From an uncultured Candidatus Saccharibacteria bacterium (lineage in GTDB: Bacteria > Patescibacteriota > Saccharimonadia > Saccharimonadales > SZUA-47), in NCBI GenBank assembly GCA_964451085.1, contig CAYVHE010000002.1, positions 1 to 35,567 on the forward strand: a stretch of DNA of 35,567 nt. Direction: 5' to 3'. Shown here one piece after another: positions 34,301 through 35,567 of the stretch. Below the pieces are notes generated by a model. That model had not been told where the DNA came from. It made no database searches and saw nothing but the letters and a program-made list of their open reading frames with translations. Both the position numbers and the translations under genes were made by a program. The stretch's first letter is position 1; the number at the start of each line of letters is the position of its first letter.

Positions 34301-34985
34301 GAGAGACTTGATGGGTTTATACTTATCAGATCATCCATTAGAGATATTCAGAGATTTATTAGCAGAAAAAACCCATAGTATTTCAGAAATAACTCAAAAG
34401 CACGACGGAAGTAAGGCCTATATTGGAGGTATCGTTAATGGAGTTAGAGTTATCCAGACAAAAAAAGGTGACTCAATGGCCTTTGTACAAATGAGCGATC
34501 TTGATGGCGATATTGAACTGCTTCTATTCCCTAAGGTTTATTCAGACACCTCCTGGTTGTGGAAGACTGATAAGATTGTGTTTGTTGAGGGCACAGTTGA
34601 CGCCAAAGACAGATCAGGACAACTTAGTGATGAAATTAAAGTAAGGGTTTCCAAAGCGCATGAGTTAACTAGAGAAGAAGCTAAAACATATAAAAAGCGT
34701 GACAAGACCATCACAGGTATGAAGACTTCCACTAAAGATACAGATCAAAAAAAGGCGAAAAGTAAAAGAGTATACATCAGAGTGTCGTCTACTGATGATT
34801 CCGAAAACTTGATATTGCTAAAACAATTGCTAAATTCCAATGCTGGAGATAGTGAGGTAGTGCTGGTTGTTGGCCCTGCAGAGGATAAACAAATCATTAG
34901 AGTTCCAGAGCGAATTAGTTCATCTAATGAGAGTATTGACCAGCTAGTATCATTGTTCGGCCCAGATAATATCAAAATAGCTTAG
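31362..34985 (+). CDS. dnaE: DNA polymerase III alpha subunit
   Basis: PHP domain FVHLHNHTHYSLLDG, GPGRGSAAGS, MPDVDIDI, LLKIDFLGLSNL, FNKSHSACY, plus an OB-fold and C-terminal domain. 1207 aa. Confidence 0.96.
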   Translation: MGTKNTRDMKSSSFVHLHNHTHYSLLDGLQKVEPMIDQVKKMGMEAVAITDHGTMSGVVELYKTAIKKDVKPILGMEAYVSARKHTDKEPGKDKANYHLTLIAKNNVGYHNLMKLSTIANLEGFYYKPRMDHALLEEYSEGLIVLSGCIGGELGDAIRNRQVEKAIKIAKWYKKVFGENYYIELQDHGHPKHPAKWDEQVRVNKKLSKIASDLGIQCVITCDAHYLHHEDKEAHEILLCVQTGSFLDEESRMSLSNFDLHLADPKEIIARWGDSNPEAIKNTKKIADSCEVTLDLGRILIPRFPLPDNVTEKEYLIESVYEGLLDRYELEGEKNINKSELSVSDLKKLLPKDVVTRAEYELQIIGQMNFNGYFLIVADLIDWGKSQGIVFGPGRGSAAGSIISYALKITELDPLEYGLLFERFLNPDRISMPDVDIDIQDSRRDEVIQYCVDKYGEDRVSNIVTFGRMAARNAVRDVARVLRVPYGDADRLAKMIPPPIQGRHIPLAKSIKDSKELSNEYKNNSVAKEVFDLATKLEGTIRSHGVHAAGVVIAPDSIVNYVPLEKAQKGVVATQYPKGPVDELGLLKIDFLGLSNLTIINNALRIIKKVYKTEIDINTLKLDDLKTYEMLQKGDTTGVFQLESSGMKRYLKELKPTEFNDIVAMCALYRPGPLTAGLTDSFVKRKNGAEKITFAHDKFKDALSSTFGVLVYQEQVMLISTDVCGFTGGEADTLRKAIGKKDRNVMLKMKKLFIEGGEKHSGVPKAVMEKFWEDLMGFADYAFNKSHSACYGLIAYQTGYLKANFPDAYMAALMTSDYDNTDRLTIEMSECARIGISVLPPDVNESFVEFAIVPGKDKIRFGMSAIKNVGIGAVEEILRARKNGQFKSLEDFFDRVSAHVVSRKTMESLIKTGAFDRFESRSLLMNNIDLLIAYSHKKQKEKDSGQTDLFGDSSSTNHTVTAITLGPEDTHYQENDYLQWERDLMGLYLSDHPLEIFRDLLAEKTHSISEITQKHDGSKAYIGGIVNGVRVIQTKKGDSMAFVQMSDLDGDIELLLFPKVYSDTSWLWKTDKIVFVEGTVDAKDRSGQLSDEIKVRVSKAHELTREEAKTYKKRDKTITGMKTSTKDTDQKKAKSKRVYIRVSSTDDSENLILLKQLLNSNAGDSEVVLVVGPAEDKQIIRVPERISSSNESIDQLVSLFGPDNIKIA

Positions 34986-34994
34986 CTGTATATT

Positions 34995-35567
34995 TTAGAG
35001 AATAACGCCTGAACTTTGGCTTAGGTATACTGCAACAGCAAGAATAATAATCACTAGAAGATCAAAAGCGGGATGATGTGTTACGAAGGTTTCTCCCTCG
35101 ATTACAAACTTTTTAACAGCTAAGAAATGTTTGAAAATCCACGCTATTGACAGGAGGATGCCAACTCCGCTTATAGCTAGAGCGCTCCAGGCCGCTTTTC
35201 CATTAGTTAGTTGCTGAAGGAGGGTTATTCGTTCTGATTTAACTTCAGTAGGTACTGGACTATCGGAATTAATCGCTTTATTTTCAACAACCAGGGTATC
35301 TTGCTTTATTGTTTCTGGTGGTACCGGGGTTTGTGATTCAATTGGAGGGGGAACAGCAGTTTCAGAGGCTTGAACACTTGGTGCAGGCGGTTGAGAAACA
35401 GTTTGTTGGACTACGGGAGGTGGAATAGGAGCTGGTGTGGCCGGATATGGTTTACCGTACATCGCTACAACTAAAGTTTCCTCTCCTGAACCAACGTAAT
35501 TTGGACTATTTAAAAACCCAAATCCTACTTCTACGAAGGCAGTGTCTAGAAGATTCGCACGGTGGGT
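34995..35567 (-). CDS. Hypothetical Pro-rich membrane protein (5'-truncated by window edge)
   Basis: The minus-strand frame has no stop between 35463 and 35567 (35 sense codons: THRANLLDTAFVEVGFGFLNSPNYVGSGEETLVVA), so the gene probably starts beyond the window. The Met at 35462 is an alternative start. A Pro-rich linker is followed by two C-terminal TM helices. Confidence 0.5.
   Translation of the reverse strand, partial: THRANLLDTAFVEVGFGFLNSPNYVGSGEETLVVAMYGKPYPATPAPIPPPVVQQTVSQPPAPSVQASETAVPPPIESQTPVPPETIKQDTLVVENKAINSDSPVPTEVKSERITLLQQLTNGKAAWSALAISGVGILLSIAWIFKHFLAVKKFVIEGETFVTHHPAFDLLVIIILAVAVYLSQSSGVIL

Noticed and set aside
1-35567. Search for CRISPR arrays, transposases/IS ends, integrases, prophage genes, toxin-antitoxin pairs, restriction-modification or other defence genes, tRNA and rRNA genes
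   Set aside because: I found none. There are no regularly spaced direct repeats and no recombinase or nuclease-type ORFs. Every large ORF is accounted for by housekeeping or small hypothetical genes, and I noticed no compositional break.

Overview
This is an AT-rich (roughly 40% GC by eye, not computed), very gene-dense 35.6-kb chromosomal window. I call 32 protein-coding genes, 29 on + and 3 on -, almost all core housekeeping.

Gene order:
- pheT (5'-truncated by the window edge), then a DUF2207 membrane protein
- a SAM-I-type riboswitch and metK
- about 450 nt of structured non-coding DNA
- an ABC exporter and an RND-type transporter
- a membrane FKBP isomerase
- a small glutaredoxin-like protein and a Grx-TrxR fusion
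- on the minus strand, a glycerophosphodiesterase and a cytochrome-b5-like protein
- a long sugar-phosphate block: ppa, Nudix, gap, rpiB, an rpe-like gene, split transketolase, class II aldolase, a PfkB kinase, an orphan 403-aa protein and a LOG/TIGR00725-like protein
- uvrB and a small secreted protein
- gatC, gatA, an inserted small membrane protein, and gatB
- galU, a DUF948-like/YtxH pair, dnaE
- a 5'-truncated Pro-rich membrane protein on the minus strand

I found no rRNA, tRNA, CRISPR array, transposase, integrase, phage gene, toxin-antitoxin pair or recognisable defence or biosynthetic cluster. TGA is used as a normal stop codon.

The split transketolase, a divergent Rpe, many apparently leaderless genes and Gram-positive-type envelope genes suggest a reduced-genome lineage such as Candidatus Saccharibacteria/CPR. 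That is inference only.

I do not see a clear-cut novel multi-gene system. The best candidates for undescribed biology are:
- the orphan 403-aa gene embedded in the sugar-phosphate operon, next to the LOG-like gene
- the structured non-coding region, orphan terminator and uORF upstream of the ABC-RND pair
- the Grx-like / Grx-TrxR redox pair
- the small membrane protein inserted into gatCAB
- the exported cytochrome-b5-like protein
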